A stretch of DNA of 64,000 nt from Candidatus Marinacidobacterales bacterium (lineage in GTDB: Bacteria > Acidobacteriota > Vicinamibacteria > Marinacidobacterales > SMYC01). Position 1 is the first letter of the stretch; each line of letters begins with the position of its first letter. Under the pieces are notes generated by a model. The model was not told the DNA's origin, did no database searches, and was given only the letters and a program-made list of their open reading frames with translations. The translations under genes were made by a program, and so were the position numbers. Shown piece by piece: positions 1-8,861 of this stretch. The stretch is taken from positions 1,920,001 through 1,984,000 of the forward strand of contig CBDCYI010000005.1 of NCBI GenBank assembly GCA_965224085.1. Direction: 5' to 3'.

Positions 1-337
1 CCGCCAGATATCCTCGGGCCCAGAAGTGCCGGCCCCAAAACTTCTTCCTCAGGTGAGCAAACTCCTGAAGGAGTACTCGGGAGCTTATTCCTTTTAGCCA
101 CTGCACGATCCTACTCAGGTCCTGGTGTGGTCGGTAGGATACGAACACGTGGACGTGGTCGCGTGCAACCTTACCCGAGATTATGTGCAGCTCATGTTCC
201 ATCGCGATCTGACGAATCAGATCGCGCACACGAACCGCTACTGGACCGATCAAAACCTTTTTACGATATTTCGGTATCCAAACGATGTGCGCTTTTAGGT
301 CCGTTTTCGTGTGCGCTCCGTGCCTGTAGTGACGCAC
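1..337 (-). CDS. tnpA: IS200/IS605 TnpA (Y1 HUH transposase), runs off window start
   Basis: Not in the ORF track. Hand translation of the minus strand from GTG337 gives MRHYRHGAHTKTDLKAHIVWIPKYRKK...DHVHVF...LKGISSR...FWGRHFWARGYLA, with HUH and FWxRGY motifs. Confidence 0.9.
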   Translation of the reverse strand, partial: MRHYRHGAHTKTDLKAHIVWIPKYRKKVLIGPVAVRVRDLIRQIAMEHELHIISGKVARDHVHVFVSYRPHQDLSRIVQWLKGISSRVLLQEFAHLRKKFWGRHFWARGYLA

Positions 338-357
338 GCGACCACAATACCACGATC

Positions 358-410
358 TTCTCTTCGCCTAAAGGCGAGGGGTTTCGACCATCCCCGGAAG
401 AGACACTAAG
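358..410 (-). mobile_element. IS200 left end with subterminal hairpin
   Basis: Hairpin TCGCCT-AA-AGGCGA followed by GGGG-TTTCGACCAT-CCCC, directly upstream of tnpA. Confidence 0.7.
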
Positions 411-668
411 AATGGGCTTGACTCGCCCGACCTGCTGGCGCACTACTGATCGACTGGAGAGATTGGAGGGGTATACGATGATGCGGTCACTGCTTCTCGG
501 CGCGTTGCTCGTATCACCCACGCTTCACAACGGCATCCGTTTTCTACGCCCTTGTGGGCGCGCGGTGCTCTTTCCCGTTCGGTCCCGGCAAAGTCGCTTT
601 CAGTGGCCCTCTTTTGATACTCTTGGAGCCAGTGCTGAGCGTGGAAACGACATCGAAAAGGAAGTCGA

Positions 669-1973
669 ATGAGTGCTATATTGAGCCGATGGTGTTGCCG
701 GATTTTTATTCTCACATTTGCCGTTTGCCTGTTCCCCCGGTTATCACTGGCAGCTGAAGGGCTGGACAGCGGGGACACCGCGTGGGTCATCGTCTCTTCC
801 ACGCTGGTGCTGATGATGACGTTGCCGGGGCTGCTCTTGTTTTATGCTGGTCTCGTCCGCTCGGTCAACGTAATTTCCACGTCAATCCATTGTTACGCGA
901 TTGCATGCCTCGCGTCGGTACTATGGTTCGCTGTCGGTTACAGCCTAGCGTTCGGAGACGGAGGGCAGGCCAACGCCTGGATCGGCGGGCTGGAAAAAGC
1001 GTTTCTCGCCGGTGTCGGTGCCGATGCCTTAGTCGGAACGATCCCGGAGTCGGTCTTCTTCACGTTTCAGATGACATTCATCATCATTACGCTCGGCTTG
1101 ATCGCAGGTGCCTACGCGGAACGGATCAAGTTCGCCCATGTGATGCTGTTTAGCGGCTTATGGGGGATTCTAGTTTACTCGCCGGTGACCCATTGGATAT
1201 GGGGCGGAGGTTTTCTGGCAACGCGCGGCGTGCTCGATTTCGCGGGTGGGCTTGTCGTTCATACCACGGCCGGCGTTTCGGCGATCGTGATCGCCTTGAT
1301 GCTGGGTAAACGGCTCCGTTTTCCGGATAAGCTAACGCCGCCCCATAATCCCATCTTGACCGTGATCGGCGCTTCACTGCTTTGGGTCGGCTGGTCTGGA
1401 TTCAACGCTGGAAGCGCGTTGGCAGCGAACGGCAACGCGGGCCTAGCCTTAGTGGCGACCCTTATTGCGGCCGCCGCCGCTTCTCTCGTGTGGATGGCTC
1501 TGGAGTGGTGCCACTCCGGCAAGCCCAGTCTAATCGCAACGGCAACCGGCACCATAGCGGGACTCGCCACGGTGACGCCGGCAGCGGGTTACGTAGCGCC
1601 TGCCGGGGGCCTTGTTTGCGGGATACTGGGCGGTATCCTTTGCTACTATGCGACCCGGTTTGTCCTGGGCCGATTATTAGTGGACGATTCCCTGGATGTA
1701 TTTGCCGTCCACGGCGTGGGCGGAATACTCGGCACGCTCCTGGTGGCGGTGCTGGGCGCCGAGACGTTTGGCGGATTGGGCCTCGAAAACGGCATCGCTT
1801 CTCAGTTTATCTCTCAAGCGACGGGAGTTGTGGCGGTGGTCGTATGGTCGGCGCTGGCAACCTGGTTGATCGTTCTCCTGACGCGTGCGATGGTCGGACT
1901 CAGGGTCAGTGAGAAGGAGGAAGCCGAAGGTCTCGATTTCGAGTCCCACGGAGAGCGCGGCTACACCTCGTAG
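669..1973 (+). CDS. amtB: Ammonium transporter (Amt family)
   Basis: Multi-pass membrane protein with DTAW, FFTFQMTF, DFAGGLVVH, GWSGFNAGS and DDSLDVFAVHG motifs. Confidence 0.95.
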   Translation: MSAILSRWCCRIFILTFAVCLFPRLSLAAEGLDSGDTAWVIVSSTLVLMMTLPGLLLFYAGLVRSVNVISTSIHCYAIACLASVLWFAVGYSLAFGDGGQANAWIGGLEKAFLAGVGADALVGTIPESVFFTFQMTFIIITLGLIAGAYAERIKFAHVMLFSGLWGILVYSPVTHWIWGGGFLATRGVLDFAGGLVVHTTAGVSAIVIALMLGKRLRFPDKLTPPHNPILTVIGASLLWVGWSGFNAGSALAANGNAGLALVATLIAAAAASLVWMALEWCHSGKPSLIATATGTIAGLATVTPAAGYVAPAGGLVCGILGGILCYYATRFVLGRLLVDDSLDVFAVHGVGGILGTLLVAVLGAETFGGLGLENGIASQFISQATGVVAVVVWSALATWLIVLLTRAMVGLRVSEKEEAEGLDFESHGERGYTS

Positions 1974-2115
1974 TGGGACCGGTGGGGGAACAGCATAAAA
2001 CAAGGGTGGACTTGCACATTGGGAGGGTAAGCCGCAATGGCTATGCTGCAATCGGCCCGGTTGTCGCTCTCGAGCGGCAGACCTGTCGTCGCCTATATCG
2101 CATGGACGGGTGGAA

Positions 2116-2248
2116 CTAGTCCCCTGGGTCTTTGATTACTATACAAAGTTAGACTTTTAGCCAGCCCATAAGATTCATAAGATTCATGCACTTAGAATGG
2201 TTTCGGCAAGCTCTGCTTTGTCTAGTTGTTTCTGCTACAGGGGACTAG
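2116..2248. mobile_element. 133-bp MITE-like element with CTAG-terminated inverted repeats
   Basis: CTAGTCCCCTG (2116) ... CAGGGGACTAG (2248). Its first ~85 bp recur at 42541-42626. Confidence 0.6.
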
Positions 2249-2440
2249 GGAAGGTGCAGCTCTTTCAAGCGAGCGGGAAGTCGACTATGTCTGTCTGCGT
2301 CCGCATCCGGCCGATTTCGCTCTTCACTACGACATCTAGGGCGGAGCAAGTAGCCAGTAGCCGAAAAGTCATCGGCGGGGCACGTTCGTTTAACACAATA
2401 GGTTCGTTTGGACTGCGAATCGAGAGGAGAAATGTGTCCA

Positions 2441-3318
2441 TGTTCGAGAAGTTAAGGCTATACCTAGTGAGTTTTTCTTTGATCCTGGGTTCTCTGAGTA
2501 TCGTCCCTGCGGCTCCGGCGCAAGACTCGATATACTCGTTCGGTGGCGATGCGGCATTTGCGAGCAAGTACATCTGGCGGGGTCAGAGGCTGACGAACGA
2601 CTGGAGTCTCCAGCCGGCCGCGACGGTGGGTATCGGCAACTTCTCGTTCAATGCGTGGGGGAGCTTGGATATCACGGCGGTGAACGAAGGGGATGCGCTT
2701 CCCATACCCGAGAATCCGTTCGCGCCTGATGGTGCAAGCGGCTTGAAGGGTAAGTTTTCAGAGATCGACTACACGTTCTCCTACTCTCATTCGCTCGAGT
2801 CCGTTTCTATCGATGGAGGAGTCATCTTCTATACTTTTCCCGAGCGGTCCGCCTCGCTGCCCTCGACCACTGAGGTATACGCGGGCGTGACGTTCGACAA
2901 CATTATGCTGGCGCCCTCGGGAACGTTTTACATCGACGTCAATGAAACCGGACAGGATGGGGGACGCACGGGTTTCTACTTCCTGCTCGCCGCCGGGCAT
3001 TCCTTCGCCACGAATAGCGATGTGGTCTCGGCCATCGACCTCTCCGCTTCGTTATCCCTGGCCAATAGCGGTTTCGGTGAGTACTACTATGGCGCGTCCG
3101 AAACGGGCATTCACGATTTCAACCTGACGGTGAGTGTTCCGTTCACACTGAACGATGAGTGGTCGGCGAGCGCCTTTGTTTCTTACAGCGCCCTGCTCGG
3201 GGAGTTCCGCTATCTCCAGTATCTAGATCCCCGAGATGTTTACAAGGGTACGGCAGGCGATCCCAAAAACTCAGCCGATACACTCTGGGGCGGAGTCGCC
3301 TTTAGTCTAGCCTTCTAG
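2441..3318 (+). CDS. Outer-membrane beta-barrel protein (TorF/Gcw_chp-like)
   Basis: Signal peptide from ATG2441, SKYIWRG, SEIDY and a C-terminal Phe. This family is often found next to amt genes. Confidence 0.7.
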
Positions 3319-4385
3319 TGGACTGTAACAGCTGAACGTTTAGTAGTTTTGATGCGCCGTGACGGATCGTTGTAGGTCCACTTCACGGGCTTAGGGTCTT
3401 TGTTGTACTTGCGAATGTAGCGCATGATCTTGCGGGTTAGGTCTTTGGTGGAGGTGAACACTCCTCGATGGATCAGGTCGCGCTCGATCTTGGAGAACCA
3501 GAGCTCGACTTTGTTCAGCCAGGAGGAGTAGGTGGGTGTGAAGTGCAATTGGAGTTTCGGATTGGCCTGGAGGAACTCGGTGACCTTGGCAGTTTTGTGG
3601 GCCGAGAGATTGTCGAGGGTGACGTGAATTTCACGCTTTCGCTTGTGGCTCGCAACCAGCTGCTCCAAGAAGGCGACAAACTCCTGGCTGGTATGTCGGC
3701 GGACGGTCTTGCCAAAAACTTCCCCCGTCTTCGTGTCAAAGGCGGCGTAGAGAGAAAGCGTTCCATTCCGGACGTACTCGAAACCGTGTCTTTCGGCCCG
3801 CCCGGGAGACAACGGCAAGATCGGGTCCCGTCGATCCAGGGCTTGGATCGCCGTTTTCTCGTCAATACAAAACACCGCAGCGTGCTGAGGCGGATTCATA
3901 TAGAGACCGATGACATCCGCTGCCTTCTTCTCGAAATCCGGGTCGTTGGACGCTTTGTAATATTCAATTCGGTGTGGCTGTAGACCGTGTTTTTTCCAAG
4001 TACGAGCCACCATCATGTGATGGATTCCCAGTTTCTTCGCAAGTCGGCGCGTGCTCCAGTGAGTCGAGCCGTCGGTCGGGCTCTTTTGAGTCCACGAAAG
4101 AATCCGTGCTTCCATCCGAGGCGTGAGCACCTGAACCGGACGTCCCTCGTGACGCGAGTACAGACCTGCCAGCCGCTCCTCCAAGAATCGGCGCTTCCAC
4201 TTGCTGACAAAAGGCGCCGTGCAGCCTACCCACTGCTGCACCTGCGTGTAGCTCGCACCTTCGTCCAACAAGAGCAACACGCGAGCAATCCGCGCGTCGT
4301 CAGCACGACCGCTACGGCTCGAAACTCGTTTGCCAAGTTCCCTACGTTCCGCTCGAGTCAAAACAACGCTGGTCCTCTCTTGCAT
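3315..4385 (-). CDS. IS630 transposase
   Basis: HTH region plus DDE: CIDEKT, LDNLSAH, PTYSSWLNKVE. Confidence 0.92.
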   Translation of the reverse strand: MQERTSVVLTRAERRELGKRVSSRSGRADDARIARVLLLLDEGASYTQVQQWVGCTAPFVSKWKRRFLEERLAGLYSRHEGRPVQVLTPRMEARILSWTQKSPTDGSTHWSTRRLAKKLGIHHMMVARTWKKHGLQPHRIEYYKASNDPDFEKKAADVIGLYMNPPQHAAVFCIDEKTAIQALDRRDPILPLSPGRAERHGFEYVRNGTLSLYAAFDTKTGEVFGKTVRRHTSQEFVAFLEQLVASHKRKREIHVTLDNLSAHKTAKVTEFLQANPKLQLHFTPTYSSWLNKVELWFSKIERDLIHRGVFTSTKDLTRKIMRYIRKYNKDPKPVKWTYNDPSRRIKTTKRSAVTVH

Positions 4386-4429
4386 GAGAGAAGTATATCA
4401 CTAAATTCTTATTTGTTACAGTCCACTAG
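3315..4429 (-). mobile_element. IS630-family element, complete
   Basis: IRs CTAGTGGACTGTAACA (3315) and TGTTACAGTCCACTAG (4429); TA/CTAG target. Inserted at the stop codon of the upstream gene. Confidence 0.9.
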
Positions 4430-4562
4430 TGCATAGTATCGTAAGTCATGTTAATATTGCCATGGTACTTTTCCAGGAGGAAACCCGTGGCCAATCGCTC
4501 CCGCGTCATCGCTTTGAGCGTCAATGACCTCAAAGAGCTCGTGTTTCGGTTCAGCTGGAACA

Positions 4563-4722
4563 TGACAGTCCTGAAGTTAAAATACGCACATGGAAAAAGG
4601 AGCTGTCAAAGGTCGTCGTCGTCACACTGCGGAGCAAAAGGCAGAGCTGTTGCGCCAGCACGTTGCCGAGAAAAAGCCGGTCTCGGAGGTATGCAACGAG
4701 GCAGAAATCCAGCCGAGCCTTC
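4563..4722 (+). pseudogene. IS3-family left end and OrfA N-terminal fragment
   Basis: TG-start end, then MEKGAVKGRRRHTAEQKAELLRQHVAEKKPVSEVCNEAEIQPSL, truncated. Confidence 0.6.
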
Positions 4723-4758
4723 GCGACGAGCCTTGAAGGCAGAGATGAGAGCGGGAAC

Positions 4759-4843
4759 AAACGACGAAATCATGCCGGCATGGTGCTGGCAGACCGGAGA
4801 TTAATCAAGTTTGGTGCGCGCGGATGAATAAATAGAAGGCACA
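4759..4843. repeat. Repeat E (~85 bp ending GAATAAATAGAAGGCACA), IS481-like end
   Basis: Near-identical copies at 8318-8401, 35451-35534 and, inverted, 58787-58853. Confidence 0.85.
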
Positions 4844-5173
4844 GGCATTGGTGTCACCTCGTTCGAATAAGCGAGGATCTCCACGACCGCCTAGGGTCAA
4901 CCCTGGCGTCCAGAACAAATAGGCCGGATATTCGAAAACAGTCGCACGAGCGAGCCCGTCGTGTGCTGGCCAATATCCGTCAATACGCGATCTTCTTTTT
5001 TGCGGATCACAGGTCTCCATCATCATTACACTCGACGCGCTGCTTGAGTCCAACCTGCTCGGGACGGCTGCTGGACTTCGCACCAGCTTACACCTCTACC
5101 CCTGAGTAGAGCCGACGCCGGCTCTCAAAACGTCCTACATGAAGACGGCCACAGCGTTCTGGTTGCAGGCAGT

Positions 5174-5211
5174 TTGCCAATCTCATGCAGCTCAAGTTTA
5201 TGGAAGGGACA
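5174..5211. repeat. Repeat G (ending GTTTATGGAAGGGACA), IS481-like end
   Basis: Second copy at 8806-8841. Confidence 0.75.
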
Positions 5212-5233
5212 ACGCACCCAGACCAGCAACAGA

Positions 5234-6655
5234 TTACACGGGCTCGATGCGGACGATGCGAAGCACATTGGTGGCGTCAGGTGTGCCAAAAGGCACCCCG
5301 GCAGTGATGACCACCGTATCGCCCGGCCCAGCGACTTCCTCAAGCGCAGCCGCAGCGACCGCCTTGCGCACCATTTCGTCGAAGTCCCGTACGTCCGCCG
5401 TATGCACGCTGTGTACGCCGTAGGTTAGCGACAGACGCCGTGCGGTTGCAAGTTCGGACGTGACGCCCAGAATCGGCTGCTCAGGGCGCTCGCGGGCGGC
5501 GCGCAACGTCGTCGACCCGGAGGTCGTGTAGGTTACAATGGCGGCGGCGCCGATGGTGTCGGCCACTTGATGGGCCGCCACCGAGATCGCATCCGCAGAG
5601 GTTGCCAGCGGCCGGCGATGGTCGGCGGCCGCAATGTGACGGTGCAGCGGGTCGCGCTCCACCCGTTTAATCACCCGGTCCATGATCTGGACCGTCGCAG
5701 TCGGATAGGCGCCGGCTGCGGTTTCCGCCGACAGCATCACCGCATCCGCGCCGTCGTACACCGCCGTCGCTATGTCCGAGACCTCGGCGCGCGTCGGCAC
5801 CGGCGCCTGGACCATGGACTCCAGCATCTGCGTTGCCACGATCACCGGTTTGCCGGCGTCGCGGCAGGTGCGGATGATGGTCTTCTGCGCGACCGGCACT
5901 TCCTCCGGAGGCATTTCCACGCCGAGATCGCCACGAGCCACCATCACGGCATCGGCGGCAGCGACAATCTCGTCGATACGGTCGAGCGCAGATGGTTTCT
6001 CGACTTTGACCAGAACATGGGCGCGGTTGCCGATCAGCCGGCGCGCCTCGACCACATCCTCCGGGCACTGCACGAAGGACAGGGCGATCCATTCGCAACC
6101 GAGTTCGAGCGCGAATCTCAGATCGACTAGGTCCTTTTCGGTAAGCGGCGAGATCGGCAGCATCACGCCGGGCAGATTGATGCCCTTGCGGTCGCTGAGC
6201 CGGCCGCCGACCAGCACCTGCGTCTCTACTTCTGCATTGGATTTCGAGGTCACATTCAGCCGGAGCCGCCCGTCGTCAAGCAGCATTTCGTCGCCAGGCT
6301 GGACAGCGGCGAAGATCTCCGGATGCGGCACGGAAACCCGAACGGAAGTGCCGGGCCGGTCCGAACGGTCGAGTATGAAACGCCGTCCCGGCTCAAGCTC
6401 GACGCTCCCGCCTTCGAAGACGCCGACGCGAAGCTTGGGTCCCTGCATGTCGGCCATGACGCCTATGGGCCTGAGCGCATCCCGTTCCAACTCGCGCACG
6501 ATCCGATGGCGCCGGGCGTGGTTCTCGGGTTCGCCATGGCTGAAATTGAAGCGGAAGACATCGACCCCTGCCTCGAACAGTGCATTGATGGCCGTTGCAC
6601 TTGAGGTCGCCGGCCCCAGCGTCGCGACGATCTTGGCCCTACGTTTGCGGCGCAT
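5234..6655 (-). CDS. pyk: Pyruvate kinase
   Basis: KIVATLGPA, RFNFSHG, DMQGPK, MVARGDLGVE, ATQMLESM, DAVMLSAET. Confidence 0.97.
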   Translation of the reverse strand: MRRKRRAKIVATLGPATSSATAINALFEAGVDVFRFNFSHGEPENHARRHRIVRELERDALRPIGVMADMQGPKLRVGVFEGGSVELEPGRRFILDRSDRPGTSVRVSVPHPEIFAAVQPGDEMLLDDGRLRLNVTSKSNAEVETQVLVGGRLSDRKGINLPGVMLPISPLTEKDLVDLRFALELGCEWIALSFVQCPEDVVEARRLIGNRAHVLVKVEKPSALDRIDEIVAAADAVMVARGDLGVEMPPEEVPVAQKTIIRTCRDAGKPVIVATQMLESMVQAPVPTRAEVSDIATAVYDGADAVMLSAETAAGAYPTATVQIMDRVIKRVERDPLHRHIAAADHRRPLATSADAISVAAHQVADTIGAAAIVTYTTSGSTTLRAARERPEQPILGVTSELATARRLSLTYGVHSVHTADVRDFDEMVRKAVAAAALEEVAGPGDTVVITAGVPFGTPDATNVLRIVRIEPV

Positions 6656-6798
6656 CGTCTCCGGTGCTCCGCAAAAACTCGATCCGTCGTTGATTCCGCA
6701 GTTTAGACCTGCCAGGATTGGCCGTTTCGCGGCGAGTGGTACGTCATCATGGATCTGAAGATAACACCCTCGGGCCAGACGATTGTAAAGCCCACGGC

Positions 6799-7604
6799 GG
6801 TATTGTCAAATTGAGCTGGTGACTGACAGAATGGTCCAATGAAGACCGATGCGCCAAGCTACCACGGCTATCGATTTCCACCGGAAATCATCAGCCACGC
6901 CGTCTGGCTCTACCACCGATTCTGCGTGAGCTTTCGAAACGTCGAAGAGTTGCTCGCTCAGCGAGGCATCACGGTTTCTTACGAAGCGGTCCGACTGTGG
7001 TGCATTAAGTTCGGGCCGGAATACGCTCGGCGACTGAAGCGTCGGCAGGGTCGTCTCGGTGACACATGGCACCTGGACGAGGTCTTCATAAAGATACAAG
7101 GTGAACGCCAATACCTCTGGCGCGCGGTAGACCAAGATGGTGATGTAATCGATATCCTCGTCCAGCCTCGCCGTGATCAGAAAGCCGCCAAACGATTCTT
7201 CCGCAAGCTGTTGAAAGGGCAAGGCCGTCCGCCCTGGCAGCTGGTCACCGACAAACTGAGAAGCTACAGCGCCGCTCACCGCGAGGTCATGCCGTCCGTC
7301 GTCCACGACACTGACCAGTACAGAAACAACCTAGCCGAAGTCTCGCACGAACCGACGCGACAACGGGAACGACAGATGCGGAAGTTTAAAGCTCCTGGGC
7401 AGGCGCAACGATTCTTGACCGTGCATGGACTCGTGCAAAATCTCTTTCGCGTCGGACGGCATTTGTTGCAAGCGCATCATCATCGGGAGCTACGAGACCG
7501 CGCTTTCATCGTCTGGCAGGAGGTAACCTGTGCCGTCCGATGAGAGCAAAGGAAGTCAGCTCGACGCGATAGGGTTGCTCGCTCAACGTCAACTTGACAA
7601 TACC
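6799..7604 (+). mobile_element. IS6-family element (806 bp), no matching TSD
   Basis: IRs GGTATTGTCAAATTGA and TCAACTTGACAATACC; the two flanks differ. Confidence 0.9.
6839..7543 (+). CDS. IS6 transposase
   Basis: YRFPPEII, WHLDEVF, YLWRAVDQDG, VTDKL, NNLAEVSH. Confidence 0.95.
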   Translation: MKTDAPSYHGYRFPPEIISHAVWLYHRFCVSFRNVEELLAQRGITVSYEAVRLWCIKFGPEYARRLKRRQGRLGDTWHLDEVFIKIQGERQYLWRAVDQDGDVIDILVQPRRDQKAAKRFFRKLLKGQGRPPWQLVTDKLRSYSAAHREVMPSVVHDTDQYRNNLAEVSHEPTRQRERQMRKFKAPGQAQRFLTVHGLVQNLFRVGRHLLQAHHHRELRDRAFIVWQEVTCAVR

Positions 7605-7790
7605 AGCATACTCCATGCTGCAATGTTCCTGGAGCGCTTGAACATTGATTCCTTTCGCGCTGATCTGGGAGAGTGAAGGCCCATTAGGTAGTGGGACGAA
7701 GGGTTCTTCAGTGTACGCCACATGCCCACTGGAGACTGCCGGGTGGCTTTCGATTTGACAGAGAGCAACACGTAACGCTCGCATACTCAT
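7605..7790 (-). pseudogene. Possible carbon-nitrogen hydrolase N-terminal fragment, cut by IS6
   Basis: Starts MRALRVALCQIE and ends at the IS6 right IR. Confidence 0.35.
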
Positions 7791-7918
7791 ACCATCGCCC
7801 CTTCTACACCGACCGGCCTTTGCCTGCTTCAGCTCCTGGTTGACCCACCCCTACGCGACGGGACTGCACGGAGCGACTTCCACATCGGTCGAGGGGTGCT
7901 TCCGCCATCAAGTGTTGG

Positions 7919-8222
7919 GATGGACTCCTCCGCTGACATAGACGGCATCGATGTGCCAAAGTCAGTCGAAAGAACGCATCGAAAAAGGAGGAGTTCCGAA
8001 TGAAAGATACGACGATCGCTGTGGATCTTGCAAAGAACGTCTTCGAGATTGCCATCTCGCGCGAAGCGGGGAAGGTGTCCAAGCAACTCCGTGTGAGTCG
8101 ACCCAAGTTGGTGTCGTTTTTTGCGAAACAGAGCGCTGCCACCGTGCTTCTTGAAGCCTGCGGCTCGGCTCACTTCTGGGCAAGGACGTTGCAACGGTTG
8201 GGACACGACGTCGTCCTGCTCC
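7919..8222 (+). pseudogene. IS110/IS1111-group left end and transposase N-terminus, truncated
   Basis: ATGGACTCCTCC subterminal motif; MKDTTIAVDLAKNVFEI...LEACGSAHFWAR. Cut exactly at the repeat-A end at 8223. Confidence 0.85.
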
Positions 8223-8841
8223 CGTCCTGTGCCAAAACTCGGCCCTTTTGAAATAGCCGATAAATCAAGCAGCTTAGTGTCTGTATTTACGGCCGTGCCA
8301 AGGGCCGAGCGCGAACAAACGACGAAATCATGCAGGCATGGTCCCTGCAGACCGGAGACCAATCAAGTTCGGGGCGCGCGGATGAATACATAGAAGGCAC
8401 AACTACTGCCGTGCCCGTCTGGTCAAAATACTCATGCGGCTTCCCGATGGTAGAAATTGTCGACGGTCGCCAGCCCGTTGGGCTGACCTCGAGCTACCTC
8501 TTGCATCATCCGTTTCTCGACGATTGGGACAAACAGCGCGCCCTCATCGCAACGTCTTAAGGCAGACCACGCTGTAAACCAACCCGCGGCGTCGGCCACG
8601 CTCGCTCTTGGCCTGCGCTGTGTCGGCGAACGCCATCGGCCCCGTCCTGTCCAAAAATACAAACGAACTCAAGATCAGACCCAGAATTGCCTATTTTTCA
8701 TTGGTTTCCAGCCAAGACCGGCCAGCTCCGGTCGGCCTGTGCTCCGCAAAAAAAGAAGATCGCGTACCGCTGGGTCGACTTTTTGCGGAGCACAACCGGA
8801 AGTTCGCTAATCTCATACAGCTCGAGTTTATGGAAGGGACA
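8223..8841. repeat. Cluster of nested IS481-like ends (A, E, C, B, D, G) with a serine-recombinase C-terminal fragment
   Basis: Ends at 8223, 8401, 8416, 8643, 8738-8794 and 8841. The segment 8455-8560 encodes IVDGRQPVGLTSSYLLHHP, near-identical to the C-terminus of 19615-21276. Confidence 0.8.
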
Positions 8842-8861
8842 ACCGATGAAATCACTGGTAC

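Noticed and set aside
358-410. TnpB/omegaRNA system at the IS200 elements
   Set aside because: No tnpB or iscB is visible. The element at 48655 is tnpA-only and the first runs off the window.
1974-2440. Sigma54/NtrC sites near amt
   Set aside because: No convincing TGGCAC-N5-TTGC or TGCAC-N7-GTGCA match.
5772-6758. Long antisense ORFs (e.g. 5772-6758, 33561-34820, 43978-44946, 49755-50750)
   Set aside because: They are shadow ORFs of real genes in GC-rich DNA and carry no motifs.
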